From: Chrysomallon squamiferum
Taxonomy: Eukaryota > Animalia > Mollusca
Reading direction: 5' to 3'
Length of the DNA: 64,000 nucleotides
NCBI GenBank assembly: GCA_012295275.1
Contig: CM022671.1
Span: 34,844,001 to 34,908,000 of the forward strand
In this document: positions 15,005 to 28,180 of the stretch, in pieces
Layout of the letters: every line of letters starts with the position of its first letter
Position numbering within the stretch: position 1 is the first letter of the stretch
The notes under the pieces: generated by a model
What the model was told of the DNA's origin: nothing
Seen by the model: only the letters and a program-made list of their open reading frames with translations
Database searches by the model: none
Made by a program: the position numbers and the translations under genes

Positions 15005-16501
15005 ACATGCAGTTATATAATTTATATTTTTCTTATTATTTCAGATCTCAAATAGAGCAGTTAGTTATCTGATTTAATTTTCAATACCAAACCTAACAAA
15101 ATATTTTTTTTTAAATTCTATTTATTTTTTTAATGAAATACTAGTTGTTTTCATCTAAAATGATATATATTAATATAATCAAAACTTAATTTTTACCAAT
15201 TATCTGTTAATAATAAACAAATTTTGTTCTTATTTGTTTTTTCATAATCTTAATCTTCCTAAGCCCATACCTTTTAAATAATCAAAATCCATTCTATTTT
15301 AATGTGTTTATAATTTATTTAATTATTTAATTATTTTCAAATTCTCGTTATAAACTACATATTAATAATAATTTTTATATCTAATTTTTAAACAAAATTA
15401 TGAAACATCAAAGGTTTGACATTTATGAAGAAAATGCAAGACAGAACACCTAAGAAAGAAATAAAGGAGAAAGAAAAGAAAGCTGATGAGGAAGGGACAT
15501 GATAAAAGTTACAACAGACAGAGTGCATGCCATGGCAAATGCTGAATGATTTAATAAAACACACAAATTAAAAAAAAAATAAAAAATTTAAAAAAATTGT
15601 ATCTAAATCCACTCAAAGCACAAGTTCTATATTACTGAAACACAGCAGATGTATAAAAAGAAAGACAAGCCCTCAGATGTTTGATATAAATTAAAATTAA
15701 TTTTTTTTTTTTTTTTTTATACAAAAGTTTGGATCTATTTTGTTTTGTTTTTTATTCCTTTTTTTTAAACAATAAAATCCATTTATGTTTGTAGAAGATT
15801 ATTATTATTATTTAATGCCAAATGATAGTTTTGGAAATTATAATTTTGGTTTACAGAAAGAATATTTTTGATTTTATGATTTTGATTTTTTTTTTAATAG
15901 ATTAAATAGATATCGTTAAGAAACAAAAACATTACTAAAAATGTTAAGACACAACATGCACAGCAATTTAGAAAATTAACTGCAAAATGCTCTAGTTTTA
16001 AAAACAAATAAATAAATAACTAAATCAGCTACAAGCTTTTCTACATTTGCACTGATATGCACATAACACATACTCTACATTTACTATAAGAACAAATCAT
16101 AAGAAATAATAAGAATAAAATAAAATGTCTATGGTAACATACTGTGACAAGTTGACTAGTGTAACAATGGTGATGTTAATGTTGTGGTAGGGTTGATGGA
16201 TATGTGAAGGGGAAAAAAATCAAGGGATGGGAAAGGTAGAAATAAATAATTACACAATGAGATGATGAAATGTTTTAATTCTGTGACATTGCTCATTAAA
16301 TATATATTTTTTTTATGTAGCACTGTATCTTTAAAAAGCTACTTCTTATATAAAAATTTAATTAAGATGGCAGTTAAATAAGATGAGACATAAGTTTCAT
16401 AAGTATTTCTTATTTATTATTTTATTGTTGTATTTATATATGCTTTTCTTGACACAAATAAAACCCAAGTTATTGCTTCTATGGTGTTACTGTTTTTATT
16501 A

Positions 16502-16552
<51 letters not shown>

Positions 16553-19500
16553 CATTATTATCATCATTATATGAACACTTCACTTTTCCATAAATATGAC
16601 ATAATAATACAAACAGTCAGCTGTTAACCTAATAATTGACTGTTTTATTTACTATAAAAACACTCAAATAAATAAATATTAAAAAAGAAATCATTTATTA
16701 GTAAACTAAACAGTTTAATTTCTACTTATCAAATACAACAGCAGAATAAACGAAAGGATAAAACACCCACCATGATAAAAAAAATAAATATTTTTTTTTA
16801 TTTCTGTTGTAAATATTTTGGCTTTATGATGCAGTAATATGCATAAATATAAATATACTAAAAATGTTCTTAATATGTTGATTAGATAACAAAAAACATT
16901 AAAAACAAATTAATAATATTAATAATTAAAAATTAAAATTAAAAAACCCTGCTGTATGTGAATCTGACAGGACTTAAACAAAATGGTTGTCTGCTTTTGT
17001 ACTTGTATTTGTATTAATCAAGCTTTACTAATACAATCATAAGCCAAACCACACAAAACTCTTCCATCATAATGCAAATTAGGGATGTTCTGCTTTTTGA
17101 GAGAAACCACAAAAAAAAAAAAAAAATAATAATAATAATAATAACAATAATAAAATTATTTACTTTTACTCGTTTTAAAAACAGCAGTAATTCTACAATA
17201 AGTTCATTAATTTGCAATTATACTATCTTTTTATTATGCAGTATTTTAAGATAAATAAAAAAAGCTGGTTACTTTCTTAAAATACCTGAGCTCAGTCACG
17301 ATGCCAAATGTACTTGAAGATGCACACAGAATTTGTCATTTCACAAAACAAAGGCAATATGTCTGGAACAGATTATATAACTTAACAGTTCAAGTGAACA
17401 TGGTTGTAGCCAAGTTACATATTAAAATGTAAATTATGAAGATGGCTAGATGATAATCATAATATTTTGTTAATAAATTTCCCAGTCAGCAGAACATCCC
17501 ATGCTCAAAGTTTCCAGTTCAATATTATTACTTTAATTCTTTGTATCAACTGTAATATAAAATCAATGATGACATTATGTAACAAGTATATCAAAATTAT
17601 AGTTTTTTCTTAAGAGAAGAATAGTTTTTCAGTTAATTAATTCCAATAAGCGTTCTTAATTAGCATACTGTGAGATTTGTCTTAAACATCAGAATTTAAA
17701 AAGGAAATTGGCCATTAAATTAATAAGAATATTTAACTTTCCATAACTTTCTGAGTGAAACAAATTCAGCTGATTTTGGATAGATATTAATAATTTATAA
17801 ATCTCTAGATATAAACCACATTTGAAACTTTATAAAATGTAAATGTTAATAATCTTCTTTTTTCTTTTTTTTTTTTTTAAATTAGTTAAATTCGGGACTG
17901 AAGCTTAGATTGTCGATATTACAAAACCTACACTTTAATGATCTGCAACAGAAATTCAAATCTTAATACTTGTATTACATCAGCAAATCAAAATTAAAAT
18001 CTGTACAACTAATATCTATGGGTGCTTTTATTTTAAATGACTGGAAACATTGAACTTAACAGCTCTGTTTCCTGATCTCGTGACTACTGGTTCTCAAATT
18101 AAAAAAACTAAATTTCCTTTTCCAAATAAATAATAATAATAATAATATTAATAATAACATAAATTTTAAAAACTGGGTCTCAAGATCTCAGGAAACATTG
18201 CTGAACGGAAAGCCAAGCAAAACGGCATTCTTACTGGAATATTTAATGTATTCATCAGCAGAAATCATGTCATGCTTGAAAGGAGGAGAGCGGATGGGCG
18301 ATGAGATTACTGGGGAACTGTGCCCCGACTGTGCCCTAGTACCGGCACCTGTGTCCGAGCCGTCCGTGGACAGTCGCCTCCAGACCAGAGCCTCATTGCT
18401 TCCTCCCAGAAATATGTTCTGTGGTTTCTTCTTCGGCCTGTTAAACAAAGAGAATAATTTTTTAGATGAAAGGTAGATGACAGCAAGAATACAACATAAA
18501 CATACAATGTGTTCAAACAGACAAAGTACACAGCAAACAAAATACAGTTAGTTATTAAATAATTTATTTTCAGTTATTTATTAATTTAAGCATACATTCT
18601 GCTGGACACTCGCTGCAGTATTAAACAGATCAGTATATCTACAGAAAAGAAATGATTCAACAGTCATTTCTGTCTGATCATTCTTCTAACCACTGAACTA
18701 CAAACAGATATGAATTATTTTTATTTGTTTGACACGTACTAACAGAGAGATTGATCTGCAGTCCACTGCATTCAGTCGACTAATCTAACTGCAATACTTA
18801 CTTGACCGGATCGATGTCCACAACTCGGTTAGCCAGCTGTGACTCGTGAGATTTGCTTTTCGTAATGGTCGCCGAATCTGGCAGCAGCTGCATCTTCTTT
18901 TTAGGGGAGGGGTGCTTGGGTACTTTGCATTACGAGGCCTGGATAGCGGAGGAGTCGGGGGAGGGGTGTACCTGTGTATCAGAGTGTGTGTCGTGGGAAG
19001 AGGGGAGGAAGGGACGCTCTGGGGTGGTGTTGGTATTTCATGAGGCTGTGGGGAGTTGGCCAGAGTCTCATTGGGTAGGGAAGATGTTGAGGGACGCTGG
19101 TGGTATTTTGGAGAGCTCCCACATGGACTGTTTGACGTAGACTTTGAACTCGTAACGCCTGACAGTTCAGTGAAATGCCAGTCTTGATTTGGATCTTCAT
19201 CTTGTAACTGACGTTCTGAAATAATAAATTAGTTAACCAACTTTTACATCCCTTCCATTTTTATTTTTTTTTTTTTTTTTTTTTTTTCTTAAACTGTATT
19301 TATGATGAAATATTTTAATTTAAACCATACAACAATTTACCTTATTTGTTACCATAAACCAAAGATATACTAAAAACATAAAATGTTGGCCAGGACAAAA
19401 ACAAAACAAAAATCCTCTCAAATTTAAACATTTTTTTTCATCAGCTAAAATGCCAGTTAGTTCAACAAGAAAGGTACATTCACCAAATGTATGGGGAAAT

Positions 19501-21067
19501 GAGAAAAAGGTGACAAACCTGTACAGAGTTTGAGATTTCTTAAAGCAGCATTGAGGGTGCGAATTTCTTCTGTTGTTGCTCCGTATCGCTGTAACAGAGT
19601 TCTGACCTCCTCTTCAGACAACTCTAGAAGACTGTCCAGTGTTATATCTCGCTCGATGATACCCTGAAGTAATTAGCTTGTAATTAGTATTGGTTTTAAT
19701 TAATTGAAAAAAAATGTTAAACAATAATTAGCATTACAAGCTCAAAAGATCTGTCTTGGGTTTATGTTATTATTTTTATTATTATTATTGTCTAATCATA
19801 AAATATTTAAAAAAATCATTCACACAAATGAAAAAATATATACATATAAAGAAAGCAGAATTTCATTTTCAATCTGCTTCCATTCAAATATTTCAAAATC
19901 AAATTCCTTGATTTGTATCAAACTATTTTCCATATTTAATATCTGTATAATATAAAATGTAATAGAAATGTGTTTGTATGATCAGATCTGGTTCTTTGAC
20001 AAGATTCTTATCAGTCACAATAGAAAACATTTCAATAAACTACTGCAAAGTAGGAATTTTTTTTTTATCTGAACTTTCATTACAAACACATAAAATAAAA
20101 TTATAACTTAAAAAAAAAATCTTAACACTGATAACATAAACCAATTTAAAAATAATAATAATAATAATAATAAATTACAATGATTTAATAACAATGGTTA
20201 AAAATGGAAGTTTCTGAGCTCTGTTGTCATTACATACATATAAATTAAAATAAATGTTTTTGTTTTTATATACTAGTATAAAAATATATATATATATATA
20301 TATATATAAAAAAAATAATAATGGTTTAACTTCACAGCAATGTTTAAAAATGAACTTTACCTCCACTGCTTCCTTTTCACACCTGCTACTGTAAGCCAAA
20401 GAGCAGTTTTGGGAAATTCTGACAGCTGTTCAGGTACTTCATCTGTTGCTAGGCGTGCCTTGGCAACCAGCTGATCACTGAACAACTTCACCAACTTGCT
20501 CTAAAATTAATTAACACCACACAACACGTTAATATTAAGGTAACAATTTGTAAGCATGTGATTTTTGTTTAAAGATTAAACACTTATATTATTTTCTTTT
20601 CTATCAGCAGAAATGCTTCTTCTACAGCCAGCTTCAAGTAGTCTTGAAGGAAGCAATGTCATTAACATCCATGTATTACCTGGAACATGCTTATAATGGA
20701 AACGATCCTTCATACTACTATGCTGCAGGTTACCATTCTAACAGTTATGCTGTATCAGCCAACCATTTTAACAAAGTAAACCCAGAACAATTCTTAATAT
20801 TTTTGTTTTCTTACAAAATCTATTTGATTAATTTAATGCTGAGTAAAGAAACAAAATAAAGAGAGAGATATGTCCCAGCACAAAGAAAATATTGTACTAT
20901 TAGCTGTCCAAAAACTGATGAAAATAATCATAACATTGAGGAAAATGCAGTGACTAATAAAAGAGATCTACATTATCAACATTTTTAAAACTTTTAAAAA
21001 TAAAATTAAATACTCATTTCACCATGTTTCATAATGTTTTTTACATGCATTTCAAAGAATGTTTGCA

Positions 21068-21098
<31 letters not shown>

Positions 21099-22437
21099 CT
21101 GTGTGTTGCTAACACAAAAGAAAAACAATAACAGTATAAAATTATTTCTAACAATCATAATTCAGGCTCTGTTAGTAAAAATATTTAAATATATAAAGTA
21201 AAAAGATACTAATTTAGGTAACAGTATATTCTGGATTCAGAAATATGTTAATCATGATAAATATTTCTGCTACACAAAAACAGTCTGTTGCATTTAATAA
21301 AAATGTCAACAATGTCATCATAACAATTAGTTATAGGAATGATGTAACAAAAAGTAAAATACATGGTGTTATTGAAATTTAAGAAAAGAAAGACCTAGAG
21401 AATGCCATGATTTAATGTATTTTAATTCTGTATAAACCAACAGAATTCTCAAATAATGTGTATAATCCTTTCTTTCTTTCTTTTTTTTCTTTTTAAATAT
21501 ATATATTATATTACAATATATTTAAAATTCATTTTTATCTAAAAGTCAGGTGGATGTATTTGAACAAATATAATACTTAATGACATCTGGATTATTATCT
21601 CAGTAGTTACATTAAAATTTAAACTGTTCAATTGCAATACTCCATCTGAATTTTATAATTAAAAGAAGCAATTAGTCATGTTTCCAAAATGTGAAAAATA
21701 TGTTTTATACTATCTCCAAAACCTGACAGATTTCAATATTTTCACTTTTTTTTTATTTTATTTATTTTTTTTTTTTTTTTTTTTTTTGGTAGATCTATCA
21801 TTCTATGAATACTCCAAAACTATTTATAAAAGTACCATTAAGAATAAATATTGTAATACCAACTGCAAATAATATATATTTAATTATTCTATGTATATCA
21901 TTGTGATTAAGTTAGATTCTGATTGTGGCACAGTCGTAATCGTTTTATGACTTTGCCACAATCAAAATCAATAATTTTTACGTTGTAAAATTTCTGATGA
22001 CATGTTTATTGTGATGATCAATACAATAACAAATAAAAATCTGTAAAACATAATTTTAGTTACGCATTCTGGAAGCTTTAAAAGTAAATACAAGTTTAGC
22101 TCTATCTTGGTCACAATTTTAGTTTGTCAATATCCATGTTTAAAAACATTCAAGTGGCAATACCATGCTTTTAATCAACAATAACAAACATTTATCAAAT
22201 TTGAGCTGATTAAAAACAAAAATATTTGAACATATCCAGATTTACACGCTACGAAAAATGTCAAAATATATTAACCTCAGTGTCTCTAATTTCTTTCTGT
22301 GTTATTTCTTCAGTGATATCACAGACACTTCTGAGATCCTCAAGTTGATTTGCCGTGAAGTCGATCATGAACTGTACCATCGTACATGCATCGATTGCTT
22401 GCTGGACAGGGTCCTTATTTGCGACATCAGACGACAT
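4663..22437 (-). CDS. KSR: Kinase suppressor of Ras (KSR1/2 ortholog), 20 coding exons: 22437-22276, 20500-20361, 19663-19519, 19215-18802, 18437-18235, 14940-14865, 12908-12828, 11975-11887, 11532-11299, 10795-10720, 10351-10300, 9740-9648, 9222-9131, 8448-8352, 7635-7547, 7038-6942, 6276-6143, 5490-5356, 5154-5025, 4821-4663
   Basis: Manual GT-AG splicing gives the CC-SAM/CA1 region ([39 protein letters not shown]), the 14-3-3 motif [12 protein letters not shown], a C1 domain (HRF...CDIC...CKFCKKKFHRDC...C) and CA4 [16 protein letters not shown] with an FQFP ERK-docking site. The kinase domain reads [54 protein letters not shown] and the protein ends [19 protein letters not shown]. Exon phases are consistent except for two 1-nt homopolymer deletions (exons 2 and 4). 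Confidence 0.95.
5491..5890. repeat. ~60-bp minisatellite starting at a KSR splice acceptor
   Basis: Repeated CTGTTAAATGTAAATGTATTTTTATAA...GTTAAAAACAGGA...CTAGT units begin exactly at the acceptor (5491). Confidence 0.75.
7890..8350. repeat. ~41-bp minisatellite, about 11 copies, each containing a copy of the KSR exon end and 5' splice site
   Basis: Unit GGATATCTTACCTCTAGTCTGAACCTGTAACTTGGATATTAA; on the minus strand it reads ...TTCAGACTAGAG|GTAAGATATCC. Confidence 0.9.
9700..10205. repeat. ~115-120-bp tandem repeat, about 4 copies, containing the KSR acceptor and exon start
   Basis: Repeated GCAGAATCTTGTCTGAAGTA..ACTCTGTAAAAATAAAT...GATCAGAAATGTAGATAAC...ACTATCAACAGAA. Confidence 0.8.
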
Positions 22438-22720
22438 TTCGAAAAACACTTACGAAGCAGGAAGTTCGTAAAACATACTGTCAATTCACATATAACTGAA
22501 GTAATTCAAACATCTATCAAAGTGGCAAACAAAATTGTCTTCCGTGTTACAATTTGACAGTCTGCAAGCTGTGAAAACAGCAGCCATTTTGAAACCTGGA
22601 AATCTCGTTTCATCACGTGACTAAAACACTCGAGATTCTCTACTTAACTGGTTTTGTAATATCTGTTGAAAGCGACGAAGCAGCAGTCAAAGATTGATTT
22701 CGCGCTACTTTCAATAAAAC
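22438..22720. promoter_or_regulatory. Bidirectional promoter shared by KSR and RFC5
   Basis: Only 283 bp separate the divergent ATGs. The gap contains YY1-like CAGCCATTTT (22581-22590), CHR-like TTTGAA (22588-22593), palindromic E-box TCACGTGA (22613-22620) and E2F consensus TTTCGCGC (22698-22705). A DRE TATCGATA lies at 22821-22828 in RFC5 intron 1. Confidence 0.75.
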
Positions 22721-23419
22721 ATGGAACGGACTCTGATAGATAAAAAAGCTCCTAATTTACCATGGTATTATTGCGATTTAAAAATCAGTTACTTCTTGTT
22801 TTTACTACTTGCGGATTAGTTATCGATAACTGTCAATAATACAGATTAGATTTATGCTTTGTCGGTAACAACTACTGACTACATAATTATTATAGTTAAT
22901 AGTTACAGTATAATACTCTTATAAAAGTTATAGTAATAGTTATACAGTATACTGTACTGTGTACAGTACTGAGTATATAATAAAAATACAAATAGTTTTA
23001 ATACTGATAGTTAATGAACTTTTATGACTATACTAATTGCTATGTAGTATACAAATATTGAAATAATAAAATCATTAAAATGTCATATTATTATCCTGAT
23101 AGATAGATGATATGCTGCATAAATATGAATAAAATCAAGTTGAAGGAAAATCTTTTTAATATGATACTAGCACTGTAACAGTAAGAGGAAGAATTACATG
23201 ATTTGTATTATTCATAAAAACAAAAAAAATTCATTTGGAATGTGTACTGTTGCTATATCATAAAATTATTAATTTTTTATTTTTTGTTTATTTACTTTTT
23301 TTTTAATTATTATTCAGGGTGGAGAAATATCGCCCAAAGAAATTGGATGATTTAATTTCTCATGTTGATATATTAAATACCAAGTAAGATTCACTATTTT
23401 ATTTCTACAATTTTTAGAA

Positions 23420-23455
<36 letters not shown>

Positions 23456-26400
23456 AGTTAAATTAAAACTAAGAGCTCAGTATTTGTTTTGTTTTTATTC
23501 TGAAATGACAAGCAAATTCATACAAGAGATTCAGCTTTTTAGACAAATCTTTATTCTGTTGTTTTTCTTTACCTCTTCTTTTCATTAGAAAATAAAAAAT
23601 AGAAAAAAAATAATAATAATTGAATATTTGTACTGAAAACATAATTTCTTACAAAGTATAACCAGTTTTTTTTGTTTCAGTTCGTAAATTTGTTTCTGAA
23701 GAAAGATTACCACATTTATTGTTCTATGGTCCTCCTGGTACGGGAAAAACGAGCACAATATTAGCTGTCGCTAAACAGATTTATTCACCAAAAGAATTCA
23801 ATTCTATGGTGTTGGAGGTGAGTACTTTTTTTTTTTTTTTTAAACCTTTTTTATATATTTAATATAAATAGGTAAATAAGTAAAACATTTGAAAAAAATT
23901 AAAGTACTTTTGTTTTTCTTTCTTTCTTTCTTTTTTAATTTTTTCATATTTTTCTAATTATTAATTTTTATTTTTTTTTTTTAATAACAAAATAGCTGAC
24001 TGAATTAGAAATTCAAATAAAATAATAACTGAAACAGTAACAACTATAAATGAACTGGTTGATAACTAAATCATTATTAATTAAAATAAATGTAAATCTT
24101 TGTTTGATATATTTTAAAAATGTAATCTAAATTCATTTGTAGATTGCATACTTTCTTTCTGTCCATTGTTGAGCTGTATTTTATAATTTATTATTGTTTA
24201 TTTATTTATTAAGCTAAGTTTTATTTTCTTAGCTTAATGCTTCTGATGACAGAGGTATTGGAATTGTCAGGAACCAAATACTCAGCTTTGCAAGTACAAG
24301 AACTATTTTTAAGTAAGTAATCAATTTGTTGAATGTCTTGCCTTTTTTTTTTCCTTTTATTATTACAGAATCAAGATATATTTTTCTTTTCTTTTTTTAA
24401 TTTTAATTTGTTTTAAATATTTTTTTAAATTATTTTTTTTAGATTAGTTTAAAAATATATATGTGTAAATATTTTTAAATTTTTTGTTGAATTATAAATT
24501 AAAATTTTATTTTAAATTAATTTTTTTTTTTTTTTTCTCTTTTTAAATAATTTTTTTAAATAATTTTATTTTATTTTTTTTTTTTTTTTTTTTTTACTGT
24601 AAGTGTCATTAAAAGTATAAAAAATGTTTTGTTGTTTCAAATTAAAATTTTGGATTAAAGCAGACGCTTTTTCCGAGATGCACAAAATACTCAGGTCTGG
24701 TTTGTATTTTTTTTGGATGATTCACTTGCCAAAATGAAGAGAAAATGTCTGTGTTTATTTTTTTTTTTTTTTTTTCTGAAAATATTAATTTAAATTTTAC
24801 AATTATAAAGATATTGTGCTATTTTCATGGTGAATAAAGGCATTTAGTCTGAAGAAATACATTTAATAATGTGTTCAAGTATATAGAATCAGTAGTTAGT
24901 TTATTTTATGTTATTTAAATTTATTTGGGTTTGTATTTATCTTGTTTTTCAGTGTTTTGACATTGTTGTTTTTTTTTTTATGGTTTTTTTATTATTATTA
25001 ATAATTAATTTTACATTCTTATATTTTAATTTATTTTTGTTTTATTTATTTATTTATTTTTTATTATTATTATTATTATTGTTTTTTTTTTGTGCAGTTA
25101 TTGAAAAGTTTACAGAAAACACACGATTCTGCATTATTTGTAACTACCTGTCAAAGATCATTCCCGCATTACAGTCACGATGTACACGTTTTCGATTTGG
25201 TCCATTAGGAACTGATCAGATGGTTCCGAGACTGGAATTTGTCATAGAACAAGAGAAGTAAGTTCTCTGTTCTAGTCACACAAAACATTTATACAGCTAG
25301 TAGAATATTCATATTTGTAGAGATCAAACAATAACAACAAAGACAAGAAAACTGATGTGAGGAATATATCTTTATTAACTAATTTTTCTTAGGTGTGTCA
25401 TTGGATTATGTCCTAGTTCAGTTTCCCTTAAAACTGTTGTTTTGAAATTTATAGTATACCTATGTGTAGATCTGTATATAAATTACCTTTTGCTATTAAT
25501 TAATAACAGTAGCCCATGAAATTTGAGAGATAAATGATTTTGAATAAAAATAATAATTAATGAATATTTATTTATTATGTATGTTGTACAGGGAGTGTTA
25601 ATATGGTATGTTGTGTAAAAAAATGTTGTTAAACAAGTAATCACTGATTGATAACTGACTGCAAATATTGTTTTTGTCCCAGAGTTAAGGTCACACCAGA
25701 TGGTATGAAGGCTTTAGTGACACTAGCATCTGGAGACATGAGAAAAGCTCTCAACATTTTACAGGTAAAACAGAACACTGGAAGTAATGCAAATATTATT
25801 TATTCTATTCAGGTAAAGATGTATAACTTCTGATGGTATATTTAAAAGTTAATAATAATAATAAAATTGAGACTGGTTTTTTCTGCCAGTGAAATTGAAT
25901 AATTTCTGATTGTTATGTAAAAAAAAAAAAAAAAATTCACAGCAAGATCGGTATCAGCAGGTGCTATTATTTTTGCTTTTTTTTTTTGTTTAAGAAAGTT
26001 TTTGATTGTTGTTACAAAACTTAGCAAAATTAAATGAACGTTTATTCTGTAGGTTCAATATATTTAGAAAATGTCATGTCAGACTGAGTTTCTGTTGTTC
26101 ATAAAGATTTTTGGTTTTAATTTAATTTTATTCAGAGTACAAGCATGGCATATGATGAGGTGAATGAAGAAAATGTTTACACATGTGTGGGTCATCCATT
26201 AACAAGAGACATTGAAAACATCCTCAGCTGGGTTCTCAACGACAACTTCGCCACATCTTACAACAGTATCCTTTTTTACTTTTATACCTGTAATTTATAA
26301 AAATGAGCCATTCGTTACATTGGTTACATGGTGATCAACATTTAATTTTTTTTTTAAATTAACATCTATTTATGATATTCATAGGAACAGGCTAGATCAG

Positions 26401-27236
26401 CACTTTAAACACGAATGTTGTATTAGCCTGAAAATGCAACAAAACCAATTATTGTACACAATTACTTCACTGTTACATGTGTATTGTAGCAAATTTACAT
26501 TAAACTAGATTTCCTTCACAGTCAAAGATATAATGCATTTGAAAACAGCTAAAGGTTTGGCTCTGCAGGACATCCTATCAGAGGTCCATCATTATGTTCA
26601 CAGAGGTAAAATACACAGTTTAATTAGAAAACTAGTGAATTTATTTCTGTTTATTTCACATTTCTCAACAGTTTAGTGTATTGTGTTAGTAAAGATAATA
26701 TTAAATGAGAATGTTTAGTGCTATACTCATTTTTATTCAATTCTTCATGCATTTAAAAAATAATAATAATATAAAAAAAATATTTATAAAAATTTAAAAT
26801 AACAATACCAAGCATATTTATGCTGTAACACAGATTCAAGTTTAATATGCAAGAAATTTTTATCACCAATATCTAAATTCTGTAATTAAAAAGCAATTAT
26901 AATTCAAATCGTGTTAATTAATATATTTTAATATTTCAGTGGATCTGCCTGTTCATGTACGCATTCATCTTCTGGAGAAGCTTGCAGATATAGAGTAAGT
27001 GTAAACTGGAAATCTGTGTTTATTGTTTTGTTTTATACTGTTACAAAGAGGTGAGAAAGAAAGATAACTTTGTTGTTGTTTAAGTAGAGAAATCAGAGAT
27101 AAAGTGAAGGAAGGTAAAAGTTTGTTATATTTGTTTGCATCACAAATGTAAGAACATTTTTCAATGTTATTTTAATAATTTGTATAATATATTATGGTAA
27201 AAAAAAAATTCATAATACTGGTACCCAAATTACTAT

Positions 27237-27275
<39 letters not shown>

Positions 27276-27512
27276 AGACAAAATCAACACTTCAGATAGA
27301 AGTAATTCCAATTTCCTTAAGAAAAATTGTAAATTAATTCCAGCATTTAATTAAACAGTTATAATTAAAAAAAATTATGTATATATATATATAATTTTTA
27401 TCTATAATTTACTTTCAGGTATCGTTTAGCATCAGGAACCAGTGAGAAGATACAGCTAAGTTCTATGATTGCAGCTTTTCAAGCAGCCAGAAATCTCATT
27501 ACCAAAGAATGA
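22721..27512 (+). CDS. RFC5: Replication factor C subunit 5 (36 kDa clamp loader subunit); exons 22721-22764, 23318-~23382, 23681-23817, 24233-24312, [garbled ~24630-24700], 25098-25257, 25683-25764, 26136-26265, 26528-26605, 26940-26994, 27419-27512
   Basis: Translation gives [25 protein letters not shown] (Walker A), [30 protein letters not shown] (SRC), [20 protein letters not shown] and [21 protein letters not shown]. The Walker B exon is present only as a degraded copy. Confidence 0.95.
26266..26527 (+). other. U12-type (minor spliceosome) GT-AG intron in RFC5
   Basis: 5' splice site GTATCCTTT at 26266, branch sequence TTCCTTCAC at 26511-26519 just before the AG at 26526-26527, and no long polypyrimidine tract. 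Splicing restores ...[18 protein letters not shown]. Confidence 0.88.
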
Positions 27513-28140
27513 TTTATCATTTTTATGATTCTGAAAATGTAATGACATAAATTAAAAGATTTAAATGCCATGGAGAGCAAGATGGAAGCTAAGAATAATA
27601 TTATCTGCAGTGATGGAGAAAGCTGAAACTTGTAAAAAAAAAAAAAAAAATTCCGAAAATGGTTTTTCGAACTGAAAGCAGAAAAGCAAATAGACTGTTT
27701 TTTTGCAAATGTGTTCAGTTGACTTTAGTGTTCTCCAGGAATGGCTTACATGTAGTGGGGATATTTCAGTTAATTAGTCTCTAATAATGTATGTGTTTTA
27801 TGTACCTCATATTTTCTATAAAAAAAACCCACCTTATATCTCAGGAATAAAGACAATAGAAAAGAATGTTATCTTAAAATACATAAGACAGTACCTGTTA
27901 CTACATTGTAGGAGTTGAAAAAGTAATGCTTATCATTAAATGTCATGAAAAATAACCTATGCAGTAAATATAATATTTACAAAATTGTGTGGGCTAGCCT
28001 ATGTCAGGTGCCGAAGACTGCTGTATAAAAATGTTACAAAACGACATTTACAGACGATGTCAAGACATCTCACGAATATTAATAAATTGTACCTCACAAA
28101 AGTTTTGCATGCTTGTTGTTATTTTAGGTTTTTTTTTTTT

Positions 28141-28180
<40 letters not shown>

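Noticed and set aside
17286-17312. Possible 27-nt poison exon in KSR (AAG|TACATTTGGCATCGTGACTGAGCTCAG|GTATT on the minus strand, in-frame TGA)
   Set aside because: Weak acceptor; such AG..GT pairs are expected by chance and cannot be supported without RNA data.
18198-19140. Plus-strand ORFs overlapping KSR exons 4-5
   Set aside because: Antisense shadows of GC-rich coding exons.
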